Shown here in pieces: positions 19,855 through 29,093 of a stretch of 64,000 bases of DNA. A program made the translations under genes and the position numbers. Positions within the stretch are counted from its first letter, which is position 1; every line of letters starts with the position of its first letter. The notes under the pieces were generated by a model. The model made no database searches and had not been told where the DNA came from. It was given only the letters and a program-made list of their open reading frames with translations. The stretch is from a virus (lineage: Duplodnaviria; Caudoviricetes), in IMG/VR virus record IMGVR_UViG_3300023170_004399, positions 205,599 through 269,598 of that record; one strand, written 5' to 3'.

Positions 19855-20412
19855 GTGAAACTAGTTAGAGATCAAATACCCTCAATTATAAAAAGCCAAA
19901 ACAAAACATTAGATTATTATGTTGCTAGTAATGATGAACACAAAAGAAGGCTGTTCGAAAAAATGATTGAAGAATTGAATGAGTTCAGAGACGAACCTAA
20001 CGTTGAAGAGTTGGCAGACATGTATGAAGTGTTGTTGGCAATGTGTGAAGCATGGAACATTAGTCTTGGCCACGTAAAAGATATTGCTAATTTAAAAAGA
20101 ATTAATCATGGATCCTTTGATGGCAGAGTTGTCTTAGTAGCTGTTGATGGAGAAACTATATCTCCAGAAATTGTACGCGTCAAAAAAAATGTTGAAGAAG
20201 TTTTGTATACCAACGAAGTAGAAGAACATGTTGAAAAGTTATTACACCAGTATTCGATGAGCCCTACTTTTTTTATTAGTACAAAGAATGAATTAATGCT
20301 TATGGCACAAGGTGAAGATGCTGGTGGAATTAGAGATGAGTATTATGAAGGCAAAGATGACAAATATTTTCAGGATGTTTTAGATTTATTTGATAAAAAA
20401 ATAAAAAAATAA
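19855..20412 (+). CDS. MazG/phosphoribosyl-ATP pyrophosphohydrolase-like NTP pyrophosphatase
   Basis: KLVRDQIP, EELNEF, EELADMYEVL; GTG start after GGAG. Confidence 0.75.
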   Translation: MKLVRDQIPSIIKSQNKTLDYYVASNDEHKRRLFEKMIEELNEFRDEPNVEELADMYEVLLAMCEAWNISLGHVKDIANLKRINHGSFDGRVVLVAVDGETISPEIVRVKKNVEEVLYTNEVEEHVEKLLHQYSMSPTFFISTKNELMLMAQGEDAGGIRDEYYEGKDDKYFQDVLDLFDKKIKK

Positions 20413-20414
20413 TT

Positions 20415-20452
20415 CTGTAAAATTTGCAAATATATTCATAACGCATTATATT
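20415..20452 (+). promoter_or_regulatory. Conserved early promoter
   Basis: CTGTAAAAT-TTGCAA-N17-TATATT. Confidence 0.75.
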
Positions 20453-20484
20453 ATACTTGTAATCAAAAGAACATAGGGGGTTAT

Positions 20485-20844
20485 ATGATTATAAAATTTG
20501 AAACTTATCAAACAGCAACTACTATTTATACCGGTGAATTCATGATGACAATTGACGGTGTTCCGGCTTATGAATTTTTTGGTCCTGCAAATGGTGGTCC
20601 TGAAACTATTTTACGCAAGCGTCACGCTCCATATTCTGGGCGTTTAGTCTGGTTTCCGTCTTCTAATCCTTCTTTCTTAATTGCTAAATTTATCTGTCTT
20701 AAGAAATTCCTTAATCCACTTGGCGGAAGTTTACAAGCTCTTCAAGATAAATTTGGTCGTGTTTGGATGGATGATTCTGCGGAAGATAATCAGCGCATTG
20801 AAAATATTCTTAATCACGTAGCAACAGTCGGTATTTCAAAATAG
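20485..20844 (+). CDS. Hypothetical early protein
   Basis: Directly downstream of conserved promoter; GGGGG RBS. Confidence 0.6.
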   Translation: MIIKFETYQTATTIYTGEFMMTIDGVPAYEFFGPANGGPETILRKRHAPYSGRLVWFPSSNPSFLIAKFICLKKFLNPLGGSLQALQDKFGRVWMDDSAEDNQRIENILNHVATVGISK

Positions 20845-20852
20845 GAGAAAAT

Positions 20853-21068
20853 ATGAAAAACCCATTTATTACACTTACACTCATCGGCAACAACAAAGTC
20901 AAATGTCGTATCAACATTACTCACATCATGTCATATCGACAAAAGCAGTACTCCGACTCAAAAGGGAAATACACTTATATTTTACTCGCAGGTGGCAATG
21001 CACTTTCCAGAGAAGTAAATGAAACACCAGAAGAGATTGATGACATGATATCACAATTTTACAACTAA
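20853..21068 (+). CDS. Small FlbD/SwrD-like protein
   Basis: FITLT...INITHI...VNETPEEI pattern; GGAG RBS. Confidence 0.45.
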   Translation: MKNPFITLTLIGNNKVKCRINITHIMSYRQKQYSDSKGKYTYILLAGGNALSREVNETPEEIDDMISQFYN

Positions 21069-21114
21069 TATATTTTTTTAAACAACAACTATACAATATT
21101 ACAAAGGAGTTCAT

Positions 21115-21837
21115 ATGAACACAGCTTATCAAAAAACTATCAGTGATCACAAACTATTAAACCACACTCAGGAAATTGAGTTAGCAAAGCGTATTGAAGG
21201 TGGTGACCAACGTGCTCGAGAAATATTAATTAACAGTAATCTAAGACTTGCTATATCAATGGTTAAAAAATATGCAAAGTCAAAATATTCTATGGAAGAT
21301 TTAATCCAAGAAGCGAATATTGGTCTTATGATTGCAGTTGACAAATATGATTGGCGTCAAGGCACTAGATTTTCTACTTATGCTGTTTGGTGGATTAGAC
21401 AAACAGTTAATAAATATATTGACAGTCAAACACATGTTAAACTTCCTTCTGGTAACCGTATTTACATTGCTAAAATTAACAAATGCCGTACTGACTTCTT
21501 CGAAGAGTTTGGTTATTATCCAACTGATGAAGAGATTAGTGTAGCGACAGGCATCCCTGAGAAGTCAGTTAAAAATATTTACAATGCTATGCAATGGCCT
21601 GTTAATTTGGACGCACCAATCAAATCTGAGGATGGCGGAACACGTACTTTCGGTAGTGTTATACCTGACAATAATCACCAGTCTCCAGAAGACAAAATAG
21701 ACGGTGAATTACTAGTTTCTTTAATACAAAGTGCATTGTCAAAGCTATCTCCACAAGAAGAAAGAATTATAAGACTTCGATTTGGTATTACTGAAGATGA
21801 CAATGATATCGAAAACTTCCCACAGCAAGGAGAATAA
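21115..21837 (+). CDS. RNA polymerase sigma70-family factor lacking region 4.2
   Basis: NLRLAISMVKKY, DLIQEANIGL, RFSTYAVWWIRQ, PTDEEI, NLDAPI, IIRLRFG then stop. Confidence 0.9.
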   Translation: MNTAYQKTISDHKLLNHTQEIELAKRIEGGDQRAREILINSNLRLAISMVKKYAKSKYSMEDLIQEANIGLMIAVDKYDWRQGTRFSTYAVWWIRQTVNKYIDSQTHVKLPSGNRIYIAKINKCRTDFFEEFGYYPTDEEISVATGIPEKSVKNIYNAMQWPVNLDAPIKSEDGGTRTFGSVIPDNNHQSPEDKIDGELLVSLIQSALSKLSPQEERIIRLRFGITEDDNDIENFPQQGE

Positions 21838-21840
21838 TAT

Positions 21841-22059
21841 ATGTCTTTAGGTTTATTATATATTTTGCAAGCAATCTTTTTTACCGTTATAGTTTCACTC
21901 ATGTTAGAGAATCAACGTATTACTCGAGAACACTATGACAAAACAGAAAGATTAGTTGATGACTTAATATTAACACTCAAACTTAATAATAAAAATACAG
22001 AAAACAACTTTACACAAACTATAGTTCCTGAAACTACTTACTTACAAAAGGAGAAATAA
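21841..22059 (+). CDS. Small membrane-anchored protein
   Basis: N-terminal hydrophobic helix; GGAG RBS. Confidence 0.55.
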   Translation: MSLGLLYILQAIFFTVIVSLMLENQRITREHYDKTERLVDDLILTLKLNNKNTENNFTQTIVPETTYLQKEK

Positions 22060-22487
22060 TGTCTAGAAATTATTTTCAAACAGAACGCTGCGTCATAACT
22101 TTAGGTAGACTTTGTGGTTGGTCACACAGTACTGTCAAAGATATCTTTAAAGCACGTGACCAAAAACAAATCAACAAACTTAAAAAAATACTAAAAGATA
22201 ACAATGTTGATACTGATGTTACTAAAAGTATTTTGAATGATTATGAGGAATACTTGGATAGAGATGGTAAATCTTGTAACATTGAAAGTTATGATGGTCA
22301 TGGCAAAAATTATTTAGTGCATATCTTAGGGAAAACAGCAATAACTTGGACACCATCAAATGGTATACTTGAATATGTTAAAAACGTACCTACTTTAACA
22401 ACACTTAAATTATGGCGTGACACAAAGTCTACAAACTTACGTCATGGTGCAAATGTTTTAAACAATATTAAAAATATATTATCATAA
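22059..22487 (+). CDS. Hypothetical protein
   Basis: GGAG RBS, TAATG overlap. Confidence 0.55.
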   Translation: MSRNYFQTERCVITLGRLCGWSHSTVKDIFKARDQKQINKLKKILKDNNVDTDVTKSILNDYEEYLDRDGKSCNIESYDGHGKNYLVHILGKTAITWTPSNGILEYVKNVPTLTTLKLWRDTKSTNLRHGANVLNNIKNILS

Positions 22488-22542
22488 TCTTAACACAAAA
22501 TAAACAATTAACAATTAAACAATATAATTTAAGGAGTCAAAT

Positions 22543-22809
22543 ATGGCTATGCCTAAAGGTAAAAAACACGAAAATGGATACGCAACAGTTACAAACATGG
22601 GATTGGGTTACCGTGAAATTGCAGAGAAACTCACAGCAGAAGGTAGTAAGATGAATCATGCTACTGCACGTAACAAGTTTATTTCTGCTATTACAAAATT
22701 AGCTGTGCCTTTATCAAAAGTATCCGGCACCCCTGCAGATGAAATAGCAACTAATCCATTGTTTCAATCTGCTATAATCGATATGTTGAAATCAAATGAA
22801 AGAAAATAA
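22543..22809 (+). CDS. Helix-turn-helix protein resembling sigma region 4.2
   Basis: GLGYREIAEKL...MNHATARNKFISAITKL; AAGGAG RBS. Confidence 0.6.
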   Translation: MAMPKGKKHENGYATVTNMGLGYREIAEKLTAEGSKMNHATARNKFISAITKLAVPLSKVSGTPADEIATNPLFQSAIIDMLKSNERK

Positions 22810-23047
22810 AATTAAATTACACTTAAACAATATGCATCTTCACACCCAGTTGTTAGAAGCCAATGACTGGGATGAAGAAGCTACTAACAAGGTTATGGAA
22901 ATAGCCGCTAGATATTTTGCTGAATCTCATCAACAAGATTTAATGCATGTTTATGCAAATCTAGTTAATTTGGTTGGTGAGACAAATGCTGAAATATTTT
23001 ACAACTATCTCAAAGGATTTTTAAATGGAGAATTTAGCAATGATTGA
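22796..23047 (+). CDS. Hypothetical protein
   Basis: Overlapping gene run. Confidence 0.5.
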   Translation: MKENKIKLHLNNMHLHTQLLEANDWDEEATNKVMEIAARYFAESHQQDLMHVYANLVNLVGETNAEIFYNYLKGFLNGEFSND

Positions 23048-23441
23048 TATTAACTTATACGCAAAAAGAAGACGTACTTCTATATTTGACATTATCAAAT
23101 ATAAAAAATTAAGCACGTATCTAGAATTTCGTAACTTTTGTGTTGCGCATAAAATTACGCCTCCTTCAGAGGAAACTTATAACCAAGTTTTTAAAAAAAT
23201 AGTAGAGGAAGCAGAGCATAAACACGATGATCCCATAATAACAAAAGTAAATGTTACTACAACAGTTGGCGAAGAAGAGACTGATTTGTTTGAAAACGAT
23301 GTCAGTGACGAAGCACAAGTTGTAAATTTTGATGATTTGACTAAAAAAGATTTAATTCAGAAGTTAGATGATCTTGAAATAAAACATTCAAAATATTCAT
23401 CTAAAAAACAGTTAGTAGAATTATTAAAAAATAACCAGTAA
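23025..23441 (+). CDS. Hypothetical protein with C-terminal HeH/Rho-N-like domain
   Basis: FDDLTKKDLIQKLDDLEI..SSKKQLVELL. Confidence 0.55.
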   Translation: MENLAMIDINLYAKRRRTSIFDIIKYKKLSTYLEFRNFCVAHKITPPSEETYNQVFKKIVEEAEHKHDDPIITKVNVTTTVGEEETDLFENDVSDEAQVVNFDDLTKKDLIQKLDDLEIKHSKYSSKKQLVELLKNNQ

Positions 23442-23473
23442 ATTTTGCAAATATTCTTTTAATGAATTATATT
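23436..23473 (+). promoter_or_regulatory. Conserved early promoter
   Basis: CAGTAAATT-TTGCAA-N17-TATATT. Confidence 0.72.
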
Positions 23474-23503
23474 ACTTATGTACTTACCAACAAAGGAGAA
23501 ACC

Positions 23504-23668
23504 ATGACACGAATTACTATAATTAAACTTTTTATGATTTGGTGTTGTATTACAAATGTATCTAACTGTGCTAAATTCATTGAAGCTGGGAATAGTTTCG
23601 GTGCTGCAGTCACATTAACACTTTTTTTAGTATGTCTTACCGTAGTTTTTTACAATCCTAGGAGATAA
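23504..23668 (+). CDS. Small two-TM membrane protein
   Basis: AAGGAG RBS then ATG 23504; two hydrophobic stretches. Confidence 0.5.
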   Translation: MTRITIIKLFMIWCCITNVSNCAKFIEAGNSFGAAVTLTLFLVCLTVVFYNPRR

Positions 23669-23671
23669 TCT

Positions 23672-24208
23672 ATGTTTAGAAAAATATTGCACTACCCAGC
23701 TGAGCCACTTAAAAAATGGTGTGATGAATATAATGAAGCTGATTTTGAAAATACTGATGATTTGATATCATTGGCTACTGATCTTATTGATACTTGTAAC
23801 ATTTCTAATGGAGCAGGGTTAGCAGCTAACCAAATTGGTGTCTGCAAGCAAATGGTGGTTATTAAACCATCTGCATTCGGTTTAGAAAACCCTGAAGCTA
23901 ATGGAATTAATGATGATTATTTGGTAATCATTAATCCAAAAATAATAGTACAAGGTGAAGATAAACAGAAATGGTCTGAACAATGTCTAAGTGTTCCAAA
24001 CTTAGATGTTAATATTGTTAGGCATGAAAACATTGTATTACAATATAAAAATCTTAAAGGTGAAATGCAGTACGTTAAAGCAGGTTGGCCATTTTCAGGT
24101 GGCATCCAGCACGAATGTGACCATGTATTAGGGCATACAGTGTTAGACAAAGTTGATAAAAAACTTAAGTCGTTTTATATTAAAAGATATTATAAAAGAA
24201 ATAAGTAA
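23672..24208 (+). CDS. def: Peptide deformylase
   Basis: GAGLAANQIG, EQCLSVP, QHECDH. Confidence 0.93.
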   Translation: MFRKILHYPAEPLKKWCDEYNEADFENTDDLISLATDLIDTCNISNGAGLAANQIGVCKQMVVIKPSAFGLENPEANGINDDYLVIINPKIIVQGEDKQKWSEQCLSVPNLDVNIVRHENIVLQYKNLKGEMQYVKAGWPFSGGIQHECDHVLGHTVLDKVDKKLKSFYIKRYYKRNK

Positions 24209-24235
24209 CAGTATATTTATTAGTAGGAGTTATGA

Positions 24236-24529
24236 ATGTTTAATTTAGGTAATAAACCAATTGGTCCTCTTGGACACGCACAGCAAAATGCTAAACAGTT
24301 TGTTTTAAATATGGAACGTACATATTATTTTAATAAGTTAGTTGATGAGTTAGAAAAGTTAAAACCCTTATTAGAGTCGGAAAATGTTGCAGAAAAAACA
24401 TTAGCAATTGCGCTTTATGCTGAGCTGGAAGCACAGTTGGAAGAGATTATGCTCGGGGAGAACATCGATGACAAAAACAGCAGACGAAAGAAGTCGCTTA
24501 GTGAACTATTTAAAGGAAGTGTATTCTGA
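24236..24529 (+). CDS. Hypothetical protein
   Basis: GGAG RBS; preceded by ATATTTAT. Confidence 0.5.
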   Translation: MFNLGNKPIGPLGHAQQNAKQFVLNMERTYYFNKLVDELEKLKPLLESENVAEKTLAIALYAELEAQLEEIMLGENIDDKNSRRKKSLSELFKGSVF

Positions 24530-24710
24530 TTTATCAGACCTTCAACAAGAGAAAAAGTTGCATAGTATACTAGTACGCTTAAGTAATGTGCCAGATTTTC
24601 TAACTTTAGAAATATTGTTAGATATGGCACAGGTACTTAAGGATGATGGATGGAATATGATAGATATCTTAGCTCATTTTGATATGCTAGATTACGATGA
24701 AAGGACATAA
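24468..24710 (+). CDS. Hypothetical protein
   Basis: GGGGAG RBS before ATG 24468. Confidence 0.45.
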   Translation: MTKTADERSRLVNYLKEVYSDLSDLQQEKKLHSILVRLSNVPDFLTLEILLDMAQVLKDDGWNMIDILAHFDMLDYDERT

Positions 24711-24712
24711 AA

Positions 24713-24988
24713 ATGTTAGCCATAGATTTTCAACATTACAAAGATAATAAACAAATTAAAAAAATACCAGTTGAAGAACCAGCGGAAATAGCTGAACCAT
24801 CTTCAGATGAATTATTGTATGCGCTTGAATTGTCTATGCCAGAAATTATAATAGAGTTACAAGCTCGAGCAGAAGGTGGTGAAACCTTACACAGTGAAAT
24901 AAGCACTGATGTTTTATTAGCAGAAGCCATTGCTCGCTTGATAGGATATGAAAACTTTTTATTGGATTATGTAAATGAACAAACTTGA
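24713..24988 (+). CDS. Hypothetical protein
   Basis: AAGGA RBS, gene run. Confidence 0.5.
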   Translation: MLAIDFQHYKDNKQIKKIPVEEPAEIAEPSSDELLYALELSMPEIIIELQARAEGGETLHSEISTDVLLAEAIARLIGYENFLLDYVNEQT

Positions 24989-25301
24989 CCACATTGCTAT
25001 CAATGTTTCATCAATAAAAAACTCAATTGATTTTTACAGTCAGTTGGGTTTTTCCATTTTGTATGCGGATGAAACTTGGGCTCTTTTGCGTTTAAACGAT
25101 ATAAAGCTAGCTTTAACTTTAGCAGAACAGCATAAGCCTCATTTTGCTATTTCAGTAGCTGATGAACGCGATTTAATGTATTTTTATGACAACTATAATA
25201 AAGATATCGCAGAACATAGAGATGGAAGTAAATATATATATATAGATGATCCGGATGGAAACACTATAGAATACATTTATTGGCCGAAGAAAGATGAATA
25301 A
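24975..25301 (+). CDS. VOC/glyoxalase family protein
   Basis: LDHIAINV..SIDFY..LGF; HFAISV; YIDDPDGNTIEY. Confidence 0.85.
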   Translation: MNKLDHIAINVSSIKNSIDFYSQLGFSILYADETWALLRLNDIKLALTLAEQHKPHFAISVADERDLMYFYDNYNKDIAEHRDGSKYIYIDDPDGNTIEYIYWPKKDE

Positions 25302-26034
25302 ATTACGATATTTTATTAGAAAGATAATATTAGAAAATAAACAATCTTTTTTAAAAGACTTACTTAATCACCCTGACTGGTTTGAAGGTAGTAGTGCAGT
25401 TAAGACAAACAAAAATTTCATGTATAAAGAAGGAAGAAGAGCGGGAAGAGTAGTTAAGAAAATATGGGCGAAACATGTTGATCGAGCTTTTGTCGACTCA
25501 CTAATATATGTACACTACACTGATCCAACTGATTTTAAATATGGTGACACAGCAAAGTATTTTATTCCGGGTGGTAGTAAAGATGAGATATCATGTGAAG
25601 CATTCGATGATGAAAGGTTTGTAAGATATAAAAGTTTTCATGGTAGTATGGGTTTAATTATTCAAGGTCACGTAACGCTGCTAGCAAATGACGAAAACAA
25701 GGTACACACGTCTTCTAGTAAATATTATGACATGGAGTTACCAAATCTAAAAAATACATCGGGCATAAACAAAGGTGTCACAGAATATGTTGCTGACACA
25801 TACGTGCTTGACAAAGAATCTTTTGTAAGACCACGATCAGAAGCTTCTCGGAACGAAGCGCTTCTTGATAATTGGAACGTTGTTGCAGTTTTGTGTGATG
25901 ACAGAAGGCAAAGATCTAGTTTAAAGAAATTTTTGCAAGAAGAAGGATACGATGTTCCTGTTTTAGATCCATCTGTTGATGATTTATCTTCTTATACAAA
26001 CAAGGTGCACTATGAACAATCTTTATATATTTGA
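25294..26034 (+). CDS. Putative ADP-ribosyltransferase-fold protein with leader (paralog 1)
   Basis: LRYFIRKIILE leader; YVHY / EISC / GLIIQG / NEALLDNW. Confidence 0.5.
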   Translation: MNKLRYFIRKIILENKQSFLKDLLNHPDWFEGSSAVKTNKNFMYKEGRRAGRVVKKIWAKHVDRAFVDSLIYVHYTDPTDFKYGDTAKYFIPGGSKDEISCEAFDDERFVRYKSFHGSMGLIIQGHVTLLANDENKVHTSSSKYYDMELPNLKNTSGINKGVTEYVADTYVLDKESFVRPRSEASRNEALLDNWNVVAVLCDDRRQRSSLKKFLQEEGYDVPVLDPSVDDLSSYTNKVHYEQSLYI

Positions 26035-26677
26035 TTTTGATGATACGCTTGTCCACACAACTTCCAAAATATATGTACATCGTGGGAATGAAACATTTGG
26101 TTTTAACACCAAAGAATATCGCGATTTTAAAATACAAAAAGGCGACATGTTAGATTTTCATGAGTTTGATGATGTAAAAGATGGCACGCCTATTGCTTCT
26201 ACAATGGCTGCGCTAGAATTTGCTATTTCAACAGAAGGCGTAGAAAACGTGCATATTGTCACTGCTCGAGCTTATGCAGAACCAGTTAGAAGATTTTTAC
26301 AAGCAAAAATGCCTGCTGTACCAGAAGTGCATGCAACTGCGGGTGCTGAGAATAAAGCAGCTTGGTTAGTTAATAAGCTATCGCATGATGATTATAATAA
26401 AGTTATAGTGTATGAAGATTCTCGAGAAAATCTAGATATGTTTAAAGCTATTATAGACGTATACAATGTACAACATAATACTAGCATAGATTTTGAGGAA
26501 CACCATATTCATGAAGCAGCTGCAAATAGAAAAAACTTAATGTTAGATAGACCAACAATGCATGGAGGTTGGCCTAATGGTGAATATAAAAAACCAGTGA
26601 AAGATCAAATAATGGATTGGTTTGAAAGCATGGGTTTTGCGGAAACTGATTTTGAAGACAAGGTGTATGGGGATTAA
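26012..26677 (+). CDS. HAD-superfamily phosphatase
   Basis: YIFDFDDTL motif I, VTAR, NKA, VYEDS. Confidence 0.75.
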   Translation: MNNLYIFDFDDTLVHTTSKIYVHRGNETFGFNTKEYRDFKIQKGDMLDFHEFDDVKDGTPIASTMAALEFAISTEGVENVHIVTARAYAEPVRRFLQAKMPAVPEVHATAGAENKAAWLVNKLSHDDYNKVIVYEDSRENLDMFKAIIDVYNVQHNTSIDFEEHHIHEAAANRKNLMLDRPTMHGGWPNGEYKKPVKDQIMDWFESMGFAETDFEDKVYGD

Positions 26678-26681
26678 AAAA

Positions 26682-27269
26682 ATGATTTACAGAAATATAA
26701 TAAAAGGATGGAAGCGATTTTTACAAGAAGGCTCAGAAGCTATATCTTGCCCAAAAGCAACTCAAGATGTAAAGCTCAACACAATTAATAGAAACAAGTG
26801 TAGAGATGATCACGTGTATGGACCTATGAATCCACTTGATGAAAGCAATTCTTTTTGGCAAAAAATAGCTAATAAATGGAATAGCGCTAGCGCTCATGAA
26901 GCAAAGGGAATGCGGTGTGGTAACTGTATTGCTTTTGATGTTTCACCAAGAATGCGTGAATGTATTCCTATCGTACAGAGTCAATACAAAGATGAGCCAG
27001 TTTTGAATGGTAAAAACAATATTACGTTTAACATAAAAATAGAAAACGTAGAAGGCAACTCTTTTGATGACGTCGATAAAAAAATTGCAAAGAAAAAAGC
27101 AGCTGACTTCCCAGACATGCCAGAAAATGCTGATGCTGGTTTCGGCTACTGTTGGATGCATCATTTTAAATGTCACGGTGCAAGAACATGCGATACTTGG
27201 GCAGGCGGTGGACCAATAGTTGATGATGACCAGTCATACGATGAACAAGAGAAAATTAACCAGGAATAG
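26682..27269 (+). CDS. Cys-rich metal-binding protein (HiPIP-like spacing) with leader
   Basis: WKRFLQE leader; CPKAT, YGPMNP, CGNC, GYC, FKC, RTCDTW, GGP. Confidence 0.55.
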   Translation: MIYRNIIKGWKRFLQEGSEAISCPKATQDVKLNTINRNKCRDDHVYGPMNPLDESNSFWQKIANKWNSASAHEAKGMRCGNCIAFDVSPRMRECIPIVQSQYKDEPVLNGKNNITFNIKIENVEGNSFDDVDKKIAKKKAADFPDMPENADAGFGYCWMHHFKCHGARTCDTWAGGGPIVDDDQSYDEQEKINQE

Positions 27270-27798
27270 ATCTGTATAACATGTCCCACTTGTTACGCAG
27301 GTCTTTGTCATTCTTGCCATAATTTGTTACGTGCATACAGTCATCTTTGTAATGTATGTCAAGCATATCACCACAAATTGATTTAATTGTTTTAAACACA
27401 TCGTATGGCAATAGAATACCAATATAACCAACGAATTCATTTTCTAAACCATTTAAAAGAAAATCTTGTTTTGAGTTTAACTTTATGTTGTTAACACTGA
27501 ATGATTTTCCCGTTGTACAACACTTTGCTTTGTCAACGTTTTTGATTTTATCGTAAGTATCATTGATTGTATCGTAAGAAAATGCATGGCCTTGACAAGA
27601 TGGTGTTGTACGATATTTTTTATTCCAACATTTCTTAACTATAGGCTTAAGGTATTCGTCTGTAGTTTTATATATCTGCTTGTTATTAATACAAGAATTA
27701 ACTTTAGCAGTAGGCTTATGCAAATACCAACCGCAATCGGTTTCGTACCAACGGCAATACGCTTGTTCTTTGCCATGTTTAATATTGCCATTCCACAT
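27256..27798 (-). CDS. Hypothetical protein (TTPSCQGH motif)
   Basis: DEYLKPIVKKCWNKKYRTTPSCQGH resembles the phage xDxxIxxxV..T..SCxGH family. Confidence 0.45.
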   Translation of the reverse strand: MWNGNIKHGKEQAYCRWYETDCGWYLHKPTAKVNSCINNKQIYKTTDEYLKPIVKKCWNKKYRTTPSCQGHAFSYDTINDTYDKIKNVDKAKCCTTGKSFSVNNIKLNSKQDFLLNGLENEFVGYIGILLPYDVFKTIKSICGDMLDIHYKDDCMHVTNYGKNDKDLRNKWDMLYRSIPG

Positions 27799-27800
27799 AT

Positions 27801-28808
27801 CTATTTCTTTTTGGCTTTCGATTTTTTAACTGTTGCCCATGATTTACTTGGATTTGCAGAGTTTACACGAGCCATTGCCCATTGATGTTGTGACATTCCT
27901 TTACGAGAACCAGAGGTAGCCCATGCAGCAAGACCTTTTCTATATTCGGAATAAACAGAACCTGGTGTCAAGCCACGTGAATTTGCTTTCTTTCTAAGAG
28001 TTTCTTTTGTTTTTGCTGACAAACCACCTGACGAACTGGATTTTCTCTTTGTGCTTTTTCTTGTAGATTTTTTCCTTCTGCTTCCAGGTTTAGGCCCTGG
28101 TTTTTTACCTTTTCTGCGTCTCTTCCTTTTTTCTGTTAACTCAATAACTTCAAGTAGCAAGTCTAAATCGCTATATACACTTTCATTAGCAGATTTTGAA
28201 TCTGATCTAGGCACATTTTTGAAACTGTCCTTTTTCCTTTCCTCATCTTCTACCCTCGCACGGTCTGCATATATTTTTGCCTTTTTCTCTTTTGCCTGTG
28301 CAGCTGTGATTTTACCAGCCTCTAAATCTTTATCTATATTCTTTAATCCATCTGATGCATCAGTTAAATGTTTTCCGCGAGTTTGGCCTTTATGTGTCTT
28401 AGATTGTGGGCTATATTGTGGAGGGTGTTTCTTTGCTTCATCAGTTTCATTTAATTCTTTGCCAGTTGATGTACTATATTTTTTACCATCGAAGGTGAAT
28501 GATTTTTTACCAGCTTTTTTGGCCTTCTTTTTTTCTTCACTGAATGCCCACGTGTAACTGTTTTCATCTGTTTCATCTATTTCTGCTAAAATTTTGTCTA
28601 AACTTCTCACATGCATTTCTCTCGGCCCTCCTTCAATGGCAGATCTTTGTGCGTTTGCTTTCTTTTTACTAGTGTGGCAACCAGCTCTGACGTAACCAGC
28701 TTTTGTTTTCTTCTTCTTGGTCTTTTTTTTAGGCTTGTATTCTAAAACATATTTACCTTTTTTGCCATCAGACCTACGGCACTTAACTTTTCTAACTCTA
28801 TAAGGCAT
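27801..28808 (-). CDS. Lys/Arg-rich multi-module basic protein
   Basis: MPYRV..GCHTSKKKANAQ module; basic linkers; C-terminal YRKGLAAWATSGSRKGMSQHQWAMARVNS module; internal ELNE/LLLE sites. Confidence 0.65.
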   Translation of the reverse strand: MPYRVRKVKCRRSDGKKGKYVLEYKPKKKTKKKKTKAGYVRAGCHTSKKKANAQRSAIEGGPREMHVRSLDKILAEIDETDENSYTWAFSEEKKKAKKAGKKSFTFDGKKYSTSTGKELNETDEAKKHPPQYSPQSKTHKGQTRGKHLTDASDGLKNIDKDLEAGKITAAQAKEKKAKIYADRARVEDEERKKDSFKNVPRSDSKSANESVYSDLDLLLEVIELTEKRKRRRKGKKPGPKPGSRRKKSTRKSTKRKSSSSGGLSAKTKETLRKKANSRGLTPGSVYSEYRKGLAAWATSGSRKGMSQHQWAMARVNSANPSKSWATVKKSKAKKK

Positions 28809-28810
28809 TC

Positions 28811-29092
28811 TTACATTCCTTGCATACGGTTACTTTCTGTAATTTCTAAAACGAGATCACCATCACCTTTAATTATTCTATGATATTCGTTTTTTGGTAT
28901 AAAAAAGTGTAGCCCTTCATATATTTCAAAAGGGACTTCATTATCAAATTGAAATTGCCATTTACCGGAGACAACACGGATATGCCTATCATTAGCATCT
29001 CTGTGCCACACTAATTCTTTTTCTGGAGTTTCTTTTTTAAAAACTCTTTTAAATGTATGTTGATCAACTTTTATATCTTCGTAAGGTTTCAT
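28811..29092 (-). CDS. Small cupin-fold protein
   Basis: LVWHRD..R.V..G.W.FQ and IPKNEYHR cupin motifs. Confidence 0.65.
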   Translation of the reverse strand: MKPYEDIKVDQHTFKRVFKKETPEKELVWHRDANDRHIRVVSGKWQFQFDNEVPFEIYEGLHFFIPKNEYHRIIKGDGDLVLEITESNRMQGM

Positions 29093-29093
29093 G

